Below are positions 19,089 to 28,600 of a stretch of DNA of 64,000 bases, piece after piece. The translations under genes and the position numbers were made by a program. The notes beneath the pieces were generated by a model. The model saw only the letters and a program-made list of their open reading frames with translations. It searched no databases and was not told the DNA's origin. Source of the DNA: a virus; IMG/VR virus record IMGVR_UViG_3300025815_002670, positions 13,671 through 77,670 of that record. One strand, 5' to 3'. Within the stretch, counting starts at the first letter, position 1, and each line of letters opens with the position of its first letter.

Positions 19089-19765
19089 TTTTATCTTGGC
19101 AACAAATACCATCAACATTAATCTCTGAAATCATGTGTCATAATTTTGACGGGGTGGTTCTAGACACAGAACACGGATGCTACAGTAATGAAACTCTTTA
19201 TTCTTGTATTCAAGTAATAAAACGCTCAGGAAAAAAATGCTTTGTGCGCTTGACAGAAATTTCAAATACTTTAATAAGATATTGTCTGGATGCTGGTGTA
19301 GACGGGCTTATTTTTTCAACCGTGGAAACAAAAGAACAGTGTAAAAAAATAGTTGAATATTGTTATTATTCTCCAAAGGGCAAAAGAGGATTAGGTCTCG
19401 TTCGTCAAAACATGTGGGGAGAAAAGTGTTTGATCCAGCCAGAACCGATAATCATTCCACAGATTGAGACAAAAAATGCCATTGATAATATAAAAGACAT
19501 AATAAACTTTAATTTTGATTACTACCTGATAGGACCATATGATCTATCTTTATCTTTAAATACTCCAGGAATGTTTGACAACTCACAATTTAAGCGTTAT
19601 ATTAATGAAGTTAACAGCAAGATTCCTAAAGAAAATTTAGCAGTCCATATTCCTAGCGATATTAAGGAACAAATTAATAAATATGAAGGATATGGAATAA
19701 AGTGCTTAGGAATGGACACTGTAGCGATATTAGAATTTAATAAAGAGAGTAAAAAGTATGCTTAA
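19085..19765 (+). CDS. HpcH/HpaI-family class II pyruvate aldolase
   Basis: LDTEHG, FVR, LDAGVDG, YSPKGKRG, QIET, IGPYDLS. Confidence 0.88.
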   Translation: MILSWQQIPSTLISEIMCHNFDGVVLDTEHGCYSNETLYSCIQVIKRSGKKCFVRLTEISNTLIRYCLDAGVDGLIFSTVETKEQCKKIVEYCYYSPKGKRGLGLVRQNMWGEKCLIQPEPIIIPQIETKNAIDNIKDIINFNFDYYLIGPYDLSLSLNTPGMFDNSQFKRYINEVNSKIPKENLAVHIPSDIKEQINKYEGYGIKCLGMDTVAILEFNKESKKYA

Positions 19766-20735
19766 TTTTGAAAACATTGGTCAAAGATTCGTCGATGTTG
19801 TGCACTCAGAAGAGTGGGCAGAACTACAAGAAAAGTTTAATCATTCTGACGATATTTATGTCTTAGGTCATGGCGGAAATTTAGCAATTGCCGACCACGC
19901 TGCTGTAGATATTACAAGATTATCAAACGGGACCAAGAATGCTATGTGTCCAGGTAGCGCTGTTGTTGCCACATCTTTAATCAATGACACTAGTTTTGAT
20001 CAGTGGATGGTTTCATGGTTATCATCCAGAACATCTACAAGAACAAAAAGGCAAATGAAAAAGTCACTAGTTCTTGGAGTGTCTTCTTCTGGTTCCTCAA
20101 AAGACGTACTAAAAGCGCTGCAATGGGCGAAAGAACACGGAATGAACATCGCCATGATCACTTCAAAAGATATACCACTTCAAATTTCAGGTTTAACTAA
20201 GGTGATTTTAGGTGCTGAATACTATCATACAGCAGAAGTTCTAACACTACTTTTAACTTATCAATTGACTCATGGCTCTGGTCATGTTTGTCCTCCTATT
20301 GGGAAGAACAGTCCACAAGAATTGGAAAACCTAAACTGGAAGGGTGGAAAGATTCGAGAACACAGTTATCCTGATGAGACGATAAATATTGGTGTAGATT
20401 TTGATAGAGTCATACATAAGTGTTCTAAAGGTTATTACGATGGGACAATTTATGATGATCCGGTTGACGGAGCAGAAGAATTACTTAAGCAATTGTCGGA
20501 GAAATATACTGTAATTATTTATACTTGCAAAGCTAGGAAGGATCGAGGATTAGTCAACGGAAAAACTGGTACGGAGCTAGTTTGGGACTGGCTATGTGAG
20601 CATGGATATAATAAATATATCTCAAAAGTTACTGCTGAAAAGCCAAGAGCAGTCTGCTACATTGATGATAAAGCAGTTAGGTTTGAAACTACAAGTAAAA
20701 CAATTGAAGAACTAAAGGCTTTGGGAATTTTATAG
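19758..20735 (+). CDS. SIS-domain (GmhA-like) isomerase fused to a HAD-like phosphatase
   Basis: LGHGGNLAIADH, VSSSGSSKDV (SIS); IGVDFDRVIH, EKP, YIDDKA (HAD). Confidence 0.78.
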   Translation: MLNFENIGQRFVDVVHSEEWAELQEKFNHSDDIYVLGHGGNLAIADHAAVDITRLSNGTKNAMCPGSAVVATSLINDTSFDQWMVSWLSSRTSTRTKRQMKKSLVLGVSSSGSSKDVLKALQWAKEHGMNIAMITSKDIPLQISGLTKVILGAEYYHTAEVLTLLLTYQLTHGSGHVCPPIGKNSPQELENLNWKGGKIREHSYPDETINIGVDFDRVIHKCSKGYYDGTIYDDPVDGAEELLKQLSEKYTVIIYTCKARKDRGLVNGKTGTELVWDWLCEHGYNKYISKVTAEKPRAVCYIDDKAVRFETTSKTIEELKALGIL

Positions 20736-20736
20736 T

Positions 20737-21561
20737 ATGAAAATACTAGTAACAGGGTATAAAGGCTACATCGGAAGCCACCTATTCCGTGCTCTAGATA
20801 ATGGAATAAATGTCGTACACGGCATCGATCTCAAAGACGGGAATGATATTCTACACAACCTTCCAGATTCGTCTTATGACGTAGTTTTCCACATGGCAGC
20901 ACTCCCACGGGTTCAGTTTTCTGTAGAGCAACCATCTTACACTTTTCGTCATAATGTTTATGCAACATCTGTTCTTCTCGAATGGGCTAAGAACCATAAC
21001 GTAAAGAGAGTAATTTTCTCCTCTTCATCGGCAATTTACGGCGACGGAGAAGGCCCGAACTCTCCTTATGGTCTACACAAGTTGCTGTCAGAACAAGAGT
21101 GTCTCCTATATTCAAAGATCTATGACTTGGACACAGTAAGTCTTCGTTACTTCAATGTTTATTCGGAGGACCAGGAATATGGAGGTTCATATTCAACAGT
21201 CGTAAGCGCTTGGATGGAAATGGTTCGCCAAGGGAAACCTTTACGCATTGACGGAGACGGCGAACAAACAAGAGACTTTATTCACGTTGACGACATTGTG
21301 AAGGCAAACATTTTTTGTATGAATCACAAAGAAAACTTTAATGGACAATTCTATGATGTTGGTAGCGGAGATGTTTATTCATTAAACAATATAAAAAGTT
21401 TGATTCAAATGGAAAGAAGAGTTTCATTTTATAATGGACCGAGAAGGGCAGGAGATGTTCTTCACACGAGAATGACCGAAAAAAATCTTATGACTTTGGG
21501 CTGGGAGCCCACAAAGAATTTTGAAGAAGAAATAAAGAACTATTTCAAGGAGCAAAAATGA
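20737..21561 (+). CDS. NAD-dependent sugar epimerase/dehydratase
   Basis: TGYKGYIGSH, SSSSAIYG, YGLHK, RYFNVY, GDGEQTRDFIHV. Confidence 0.9.
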   Translation: MKILVTGYKGYIGSHLFRALDNGINVVHGIDLKDGNDILHNLPDSSYDVVFHMAALPRVQFSVEQPSYTFRHNVYATSVLLEWAKNHNVKRVIFSSSSAIYGDGEGPNSPYGLHKLLSEQECLLYSKIYDLDTVSLRYFNVYSEDQEYGGSYSTVVSAWMEMVRQGKPLRIDGDGEQTRDFIHVDDIVKANIFCMNHKENFNGQFYDVGSGDVYSLNNIKSLIQMERRVSFYNGPRRAGDVLHTRMTEKNLMTLGWEPTKNFEEEIKNYFKEQK

Positions 21562-21752
21562 AAGATATGTATTTAACAGACCAAGCGCTCGCAGCCCTAA
21601 TGATGGCGCTACAGAAGTCCCTAATGGAGCAGTCAGATATTGTTCCGGTCCTTAAGGGCTTCAAGTTCCGCCTTTCAGACCAGGGTTTGGTCGTTTTGAA
21701 CCCGCCTCTTGTAAAGATGGGGCATAATTTTGATGAAGAAGGGGAGGAATGA
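21558..21752 (+). CDS. Hypothetical protein
   Basis: AAGGAG RBS; ATGA overlap. Confidence 0.7.
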   Translation: MKDMYLTDQALAALMMALQKSLMEQSDIVPVLKGFKFRLSDQGLVVLNPPLVKMGHNFDEEGEE

Positions 21753-21753
21753 C

Positions 21754-22008
21754 TTGCCGCGTTATACTTATAGGTGCGATGCTTGTGCCGAGTATTTCGA
21801 AGTCTTCCATTCCATTCACGACCGTTTAACTGATTGCAAGTGCGGCAGTGAGGGTTCTCTAAAAAGAGTTCCTTCACTGCCTTTTCGTGTTTCCGTAAAC
21901 CAGGGCTCTCAAAAGCCTGGTGAAGTCGTTAGAGAGTTTATCGAAGACACAAGGAGAGAAATCGAAGAGGAAAAAAGAAATATGAAGGGTGATCTTAATG
22001 ATGTTTGA
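21754..22008 (+). CDS. FmdB-family zinc-ribbon protein
   Basis: MPRYTYRCDAC...CKCGS; TTG start after GGGGAGG. Confidence 0.75.
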   Translation: MPRYTYRCDACAEYFEVFHSIHDRLTDCKCGSEGSLKRVPSLPFRVSVNQGSQKPGEVVREFIEDTRREIEEEKRNMKGDLNDV

Positions 22009-22342
22009 GGTTTTTATTGTTGTTTGTATCTTGTCTCTTGCTGTAAATGCGGGCGGGGCTTGGTACCTTAGAAATGTTTTGAGGAACTTTTATGATATGA
22101 CCTCAAATATGAAAGACCTAACCGAAGAGGTTATGGACTTTGACGAGCACCTAAACCAAGTTCACGAAATGGAAATGTTCTATGGCGACGAGATTCTTGG
22201 CGGCCTAATCGCTCACTCCCGAGCCCTCCGTGACACACTGGAGGACTTTGCCGACATCTATGCCCTCATTGACGAGGACTATGACGAGGTTGAGGAGGAT
22301 GAAACAGAGGAGGTGCCTGATGATGCCGAAGCCGATGCCTAA
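22001..22342 (+). CDS. Membrane-anchored coiled-coil protein with acidic tail
   Basis: N-terminal TM span VFIVVCILSLAVNAGGAW. Confidence 0.65.
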   Translation: MFEVFIVVCILSLAVNAGGAWYLRNVLRNFYDMTSNMKDLTEEVMDFDEHLNQVHEMEMFYGDEILGGLIAHSRALRDTLEDFADIYALIDEDYDEVEEDETEEVPDDAEADA

Positions 22343-23024
22343 GAGAAGTCGTAGAAGAGGAAGACTTTATTTTACCGAAGAGCACGAAGACGCAATAGTG
22401 AGGTATGTCGCCTCCAACTGCATAAAAGAGCGATCAGAACTTTACAACGAACTTATTGGTCCAGCGTTCAGTGAGATGGTCGACAAGATCGTTTACACCT
22501 ACAAGTTTACAACTTTACCGAATATTGAGACGCTACAAGACGAGTGCAAGATCTACCTCGTAACGATCCTGCCAAAGTACAACAAGCAGAAGTCAAAGGC
22601 GTTCTCTTATTTTTCAGTCATTACAAAGAACTGGTTTATTCACAAGGTTAAGAAGCAAGGCAAGAAACGCAGAACTGAGATGGAGATCATCGAGGAACTA
22701 CCAAAAGAACTGGAACTCAAATACCTCTCAACCAGTAACCCCTATCCAAAGAAGAGGGAGCACGAGGAGTTTTTCAACCACCTTATGACCGAGATCAACT
22801 CTTGGGAAGACGAGAAACTGAAAGAGAACGAAGAGAAAGTTTTGAACGCCATTAAGATACTTTTTGACTCTGCTAACGACATAGAAATTTTCAACAAGAA
22901 AGCTATTTACTTATACCTACGAGAGATAACTGGCTTAAATACAAAGCAAGTTGTCAGCAACCTTAATAGAATGCGTGTTAAATATGTAGTATTTAAGGAA
23001 AAGTGGGATGAGGGTGAAATGTGA
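22320..23024 (+). CDS. Phage sigma factor, T4 gp55-like (late transcription)
   Basis: YFTEEHEDAIVRY...LPKYNKQKSKAFSYFSVITKNWFIHKVKK resembles gp55/sigma region 2 (NFD..KSKNPFAYFT.I); GAGGAGG RBS before ATG 22320. Confidence 0.65.
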   Translation: MMPKPMPKRSRRRGRLYFTEEHEDAIVRYVASNCIKERSELYNELIGPAFSEMVDKIVYTYKFTTLPNIETLQDECKIYLVTILPKYNKQKSKAFSYFSVITKNWFIHKVKKQGKKRRTEMEIIEELPKELELKYLSTSNPYPKKREHEEFFNHLMTEINSWEDEKLKENEEKVLNAIKILFDSANDIEIFNKKAIYLYLREITGLNTKQVVSNLNRMRVKYVVFKEKWDEGEM

Positions 23025-23305
23025 AAGATCTTGAGACATACCTCGAAACAGCCATAGACAACGTTCAAAATGACCGAGAGGTCACCAGAGAGCTTCTGGA
23101 CGACGTGATGCGTTACCTCGCTAAAGACGAACAGAGACACGCACAGGTCGGTGCGGTGGCTGCTAAGTATGTTGAGACGCTTCAGAGGAGCAACGAACAA
23201 CTGGTTAAGATCGCCAGCCTCGTTCACAAGCAGCAGTCAGGCGATGTTGGCCTGTCTGACAAGGACAAGGCTGATATCTTCGATCTGTTGCAGGAGGAGG
23301 GCTGA
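23021..23305 (+). CDS. Hypothetical helical protein
   Basis: GTGA overlap with the sigma-like gene. Confidence 0.7.
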   Translation: MKDLETYLETAIDNVQNDREVTRELLDDVMRYLAKDEQRHAQVGAVAAKYVETLQRSNEQLVKIASLVHKQQSGDVGLSDKDKADIFDLLQEEG

Positions 23306-24504
23306 TGGCAACCGGGTTTCCTACAATAACCCCCGAACAAGTAAAAGAGTTTGTCGATGGACTTGGAGACTCGCTTGGGGTAGACGTAGCCGATCCGATC
23401 CTTAACCCTGGAATGATCATAGACAACCAAAAGGCGGTCTATGATGAACTGGTCAGCAATGCGTATGCAACAGACAAGTTCAAGAATGTCCTAAACTTCA
23501 AAGCCATTGTTCTTTGGAAACTCAAAACACAGTCAGAGTTTTCTTTATTTTCTGCTCTACGAAGTTTGCTTCCTTTCCTTAACAGCCAGGGCTCTGAATC
23601 GTCAATCTTCTTCATTTGCTACATACCAGAACTTCACGCCACAATGACAAACCCGCTTTATTTTGCTGGGGATCAACAGGAATACCTAAGGCGCATACTT
23701 CGGTTCCCATCTTTCCAAATAAGTTCTGTAGCGGACAAGACCAACAAAAGTTTGTTAGAAGAGTGCCAAGAGGGATCCGTGGTAAATGTCCGTTTCACTG
23801 ACAGCAACAGAAGGCTTGGGTATGTAACAGAACTCGTAACAGAGGGAAACTGGTCAGAAGCGTTAAAGAATTCTGGAGTCTCTGATTCTTCACAGGTTTT
23901 TACCTCTGGGGATGCAGTCGTTTCCGAAGACGCGGTAGCTTTTTACAATAGGTTGAGATCATCCGGCGCTTTTCAGGGTTATAGTGATGCAATGCTTATG
24001 GCTTTGACAGCAAACGCACAAGCAGAGTCCAACTTCTACTCTAACGCCGCAGGAGACGCCAGGTCGCCAGGTAATAAAGACTATCCTAAGACAATCAGAA
24101 CGGCCAACGGAACAAATGGAGCAGAAGCAAACTATTGTTCTTTCGGATACTTTCAGTTGAACATTTGCCCAGACACAGCAGAGGGCTCTTTGTTTATTGA
24201 TTTTTTTGGTTTAGATAGGAACAACCCGCAAGAGGTGCTTGATGCAATTACGAACGAAGAAAAACAGTTTCAATTTATGGCGAACAGATTAACAAAAATC
24301 GGAACAATTTCTAAATACTTAACTCAAGAAGTCGCAGATGGTCTCAGTGAAGAAGAGACTGCCGCTTTCTACGGCGGACTTATCGCAAGAGACTTTGAGA
24401 GGTGCGCAGGGTGTGCAGACGGCGGCTCAAAAAATCAACAAAGACAAGAACTTGCAGCAGCACTCTACAGAGAGTTGAGACAAGAGAGCGAGGCTAACGC
24501 ATAA
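23305..24504 (+). CDS. Virion protein with C-terminal phage tail lysozyme (Phage_lysozyme2-like) domain
   Basis: ANAQAESNF, SFGYFQLN, QFQFM, ARDFERC, RQELA pattern. Confidence 0.65.
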   Translation: MATGFPTITPEQVKEFVDGLGDSLGVDVADPILNPGMIIDNQKAVYDELVSNAYATDKFKNVLNFKAIVLWKLKTQSEFSLFSALRSLLPFLNSQGSESSIFFICYIPELHATMTNPLYFAGDQQEYLRRILRFPSFQISSVADKTNKSLLEECQEGSVVNVRFTDSNRRLGYVTELVTEGNWSEALKNSGVSDSSQVFTSGDAVVSEDAVAFYNRLRSSGAFQGYSDAMLMALTANAQAESNFYSNAAGDARSPGNKDYPKTIRTANGTNGAEANYCSFGYFQLNICPDTAEGSLFIDFFGLDRNNPQEVLDAITNEEKQFQFMANRLTKIGTISKYLTQEVADGLSEEETAAFYGGLIARDFERCAGCADGGSKNQQRQELAAALYRELRQESEANA

Positions 24505-25673
24505 TGGGAAATAGAACAAGAAGTTATTCAAGATACACTCAAAATGTTGAAGAAGGTTTTGCAAATGCAGACTTTTCACAAGAAGTCTACACCGAAGAGC
24601 AACTACCAGTTCCTGAAACTTCTAAGAATCTTCTCCCCCCACCCGAGCAAGATGCTAGGATTGGTGAAGCAGGTTCTAGCGATACTCTCGATCCTTATGA
24701 CGGGAGTCTGGAGCCCTTTGAAAATGCAGGCTTGCAGAACAAGAAACTCAAAGAAAAACTACCAGCCTACAATGCCTCGGACAGCGAGACAGTAACATCC
24801 GGCCAGAACAACACCCACATCATCCTCGGCAGGGATCGTTGGGGCGGTCCTGAGACGGGCTACGGTGGCTTAGGGCACACGCGAGCAGGTGCAATAGACA
24901 TTGTGGTCGGCTTACAGGGCTGGAGCCCTGGTGAGGCTGGTAAGACCGGAGAGAGAGGTGAGTGGATCCCTGGTCGAGCAGATAAGAACTTTGGTTCACT
25001 TAACCGAGACATTTCACCGGGAGATGCAGCGCGAATCTACATTTCTCAAAGAGCCGACATTGATGATTATTTTGACATCTGCGATGGCTTCGTCGGACGT
25101 TCTTATTCTGACTCCGCGATCGCGATGAAGGCAGACTCAATCCGAGTTATTGCAAGAAAGGGAATCAAACTAGTAACGCAGAAGAACCCTCCAGGTCGAA
25201 ACTCAATAAATGGTAAGATTGGGACAGTCTATGGAATCGACCTAATCGCCGGCAACAGAGACTTCAAGACTGGACTAGAAGGATTAACTATTGGAAATCC
25301 AGAGTTCCCCGGTGGGAGAGAAATAAACTACTTACAGCCGATTCCAAAAGGCGACAACCTACAAGAGTATCTTTCAAAACTTCACGACAATGTTCAGTTA
25401 CTTAACAGTATTTTGTCTGGTCTTATTCAGATAACTTGGAACATCGCAGATAACACCATTAGTCCAGATGCGGTCATAGGTCCGCTATCTTTCGGAAGTT
25501 TCACTGTTCCGCCACCATCCGATTTCACAAATTGGTTTGAGTATGTTATTCTTTCACTAAAGCAGTGGTTCAAATTGTGGGCGACAAGACAAGAGATGCT
25601 TGCTTACAAAATTGACTATTTAGAACCTGTTGGCTCTCTATATATTAATAGCCGACACAATAGGACAAACTAA
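24504..25673 (+). CDS. Baseplate hub/spike-associated protein (gp5-like region)
   Basis: Beta-strand-rich repeats (IILGRDR, RIYISQ, IAMKADSIRVIARKGIKL); lies between the lysozyme and gp25. Confidence 0.45.
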   Translation: MGNRTRSYSRYTQNVEEGFANADFSQEVYTEEQLPVPETSKNLLPPPEQDARIGEAGSSDTLDPYDGSLEPFENAGLQNKKLKEKLPAYNASDSETVTSGQNNTHIILGRDRWGGPETGYGGLGHTRAGAIDIVVGLQGWSPGEAGKTGERGEWIPGRADKNFGSLNRDISPGDAARIYISQRADIDDYFDICDGFVGRSYSDSAIAMKADSIRVIARKGIKLVTQKNPPGRNSINGKIGTVYGIDLIAGNRDFKTGLEGLTIGNPEFPGGREINYLQPIPKGDNLQEYLSKLHDNVQLLNSILSGLIQITWNIADNTISPDAVIGPLSFGSFTVPPPSDFTNWFEYVILSLKQWFKLWATRQEMLAYKIDYLEPVGSLYINSRHNRTN

Positions 25674-28600
25674 TGACAATAAGAGTAAACAGAAGTGGCA
25701 GATCTGCCTATGAAGAGTTTGCAACAGAAGGCGAGTTAGAAGAACTTAGGAACTCTAACTTTAGTTTCGGCCAGGCTGGTCCGGCAATTGACCAAGCGGG
25801 GGCTGCTCTCGATGTTCAGCCGCCACCTGCTCCCCGCTCGCTGGGTCCAGATCCGTTCAGCCCTGTCCTAACCGAAGCCGCATTGGCAGAGGCTGGTCTC
25901 GATGTTGAACGTTTCAAATTTCTTGTTTGTGATCCACGCCCTGGCCTAGAAGAACCTGATCCTTGTCCTATTTGTCGTCCAAACCCGTTTGCCTATGTCC
26001 CAGATTATCGAATGATGGGCGAAGGCGAAACATTCTTTGACGGCAAAGACTGCACGCAATGCATCGTCTATACCTTTGATTCCCCGGCAGTCGAAGGCGG
26101 TGTTCCGATCGAGAAGTTTGAGAGAGACGGAAAGTTCATTAATGAACAGAAAGAGCGCGCTGTAAAATACGCTCTTGACCTATTCAATAAGTCTGAGTTC
26201 ATCACTGTTTACACTTATATTGAGAAGCCGCCAAGAGTCGACAAGTTCAACATTCTTGGAGGAGCAGCAGTTGGTGCTGTCGTCGGTTCAGCAGGAGGCA
26301 TCCCTGGCGCTGTCATCGGAGCCGGCATCGGTGGTGTCTTAGATTACATGATTCCTCCAAAGGTTCCTGGCTACGACTTGGAAACTAGAGAAGAGAATGT
26401 CGTCGATTCGCTCGTCGCTCTTGCAACAACAGAATATCATGTTCCAATCCAAAGAAAGTCTCGCACAAGACTTCTAATCAAGATCCCTGTCGAGGTTTTT
26501 GATCGCCTACCAGAGCGACTAGTCCAAGAGCCAGACACAGAGTTCGAAACAAAATTAGAAGTTACTTATCAAGGAAACCAGTTTGTCCCTACTCTACGTC
26601 GCATCTCCAAGGCTTTCAATGTCTACCACGGAGAGTCAAAGCGCTGGGCGACCTATGAAGGTGGACGTTTCGTTACAGCAACATCGTTCGCTGAATCTTC
26701 TAACAACTCAGACACAAGGGAGCGTGTTTACCTAAATCTTGAGAAAGAAGCAGATCAAATAGACATTTTTAGAGATGCAGTAAAAGACTGGATTACCAGG
26801 AAAGAAATCGGAATGTCTTTTAGTCCTCTACGACCAAACCGCGTTCCAGAGAAGATAACGTTCAAGTTCAAGAAAAAGGACAATAACCCGGAAGAGATCG
26901 AACTAAGACAAGTTGTCTTCAATAAGCCTGGCTGTGAAGATGTTACGATCGGAAAGAACGGGCGCTACAAGGGCCTTTTTAGAGAACTAAACGCATCCAT
27001 AAAGAGGATCGACTCAAGGACTCTTTACTACATCGGTTCAGGCCCAGAAATAGACACAGATCTAACTGCAAGAACCCCCACGCCTTGGCTACAAGTCGTC
27101 ACCGACTACACTTACCCGCCATTGGAAGTTCTTTACGGAAGCAACGGAAACACGATCTACGATCAGAACAGAATAGACAAGTGCCTTGTGAAGAACACGA
27201 GCGTTGATGAAGACTTCGACCAGTTGATGTCCGGCATTGAAGACACTGTTCTTGGCGCACCAGATGCGTTCTTGGAGGCTTTCTCTAGGGGTGACGACCC
27301 TCTCTCCTGTAACACGGAAGGAAACGCTTTAGAAAAGGCTGGGCAGGCGTTTGCAACGACACCTGAACGCGCTTCGCAGATCCTAAACGCTTCCATCGCC
27401 GAAGCAAAGAGGAAGGTCGCAGTAGACGATCCTTATCTCGCGATTGTCTTAGACGAGATCGGTGCAGCAGCAAAGGCAGCAAGGTCTTCTACAAACCAGT
27501 TCTTTTCGGAAGACGCAGTTGATTTAGGAGATGGCGTGACTGTCAGCAATGACAGCGGCCTGGAAAACACCCCAAAGAATAGAAGAGAGACCAGAAAAGC
27601 TTTTAGAGACTACTACCGAGACAACCAGAAAGGCTTTATGGCTCGCGTCAACGACCGCATTGGTTGGTGTGGTTGGCTCGCACTTATCAAAGCAGCCGCT
27701 GACTGTGTTGCCAAGGGTCTTGGAGAAGAGAGTTCAACAAAGGCTCTTGCAAAGGCTGCCTTTGGCGCAATGGACGACAACTACCTTGGAAGGTCTTTCC
27801 TTGGCCTCCCACCAGAAGAACAGCAACGCATTGCAGACAGGATCCAGTCAGAACTTGGCGACGTTCCTGCTCCTTGGGACATTGGTTACCAAGCAGGCAA
27901 CTATGCAGGTGGCTCTTTCTCACTGAGAGAACGCAAACTTGCAAACCAAATAGCAGACGGGACATTACAGCCTGGGACTACTGAATATGAAGAGGCTGTT
28001 GCAGAGTTGAATTCTACTGGATTCAACGCCTTGCCAACGGCGGAACAATTAAAGCAAGCAGAGGCTATTGACAGCGGCGAAATCACTGGTTTTGAGGCCG
28101 AAAGAATAGGAGAAGAGCTTGCAGCGACAGGGTTCTTCGAGTTTGGTGTCCTAGAGTTTGAAGGCGAAAAAATCTATTCCATCGTCAGAACAACTGATTC
28201 AGAACAAGAACTCCTACAAAGACTAAGAGAGTTCAATCAAAACTTTGTCTTCGACAGCGAAAGTGTCGGCGGCTTTGGACTGGACTCGGAAGGCGAACTT
28301 GCTTTCAACCAACGAAACTCATCACAGGGTTCAGGCGGAACTTATGGTGAGGCCCTTGGTGATGTTCAAAAAGAGATCACCGATGCTTACCGCAGAGTGA
28401 TCCTTGACACGGTTGGGGCCGACTCTCTGCTCCAGACAATGAATAGGATCCCAGGTGCTCCCATTGTCGCAAGACTTCTAAAGAACAGTCCTTGCAAAAT
28501 CAACTCCCCGATCAAGGCGAACCCAAGACTTGACAACTTCCTAAACACTTTGGAGTTTGACATTTGTCAGTGGGATGTTGATCTGACGTTGCCAGTTTTC

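Larger units (their letters stand above)
7830..21550. other. AT-rich glycan-biosynthesis island
   Basis: Abrupt composition change (hand count: line 6961 has 32/60 G+C, line 8041 has 9/60); 17 closely spaced, mostly coupled genes, most recognisably sugar-metabolism. Confidence 0.8.

Noticed and set aside
5379-21561. Bacterial chromosomal O-antigen or capsule locus
   Set aside because: No flippase, polymerase, ABC exporter or priming phosphoglycosyl transferase; flanked by phage sigma, baseplate and replication genes
22230-22319. Extended N-terminus of the sigma-like ORF in the track (similarly the track starts at 3549, 4249, 18606, 21730, 21989, 56711 and 60226)
   Set aside because: Downstream starts have better RBS or coupling and avoid long overlaps
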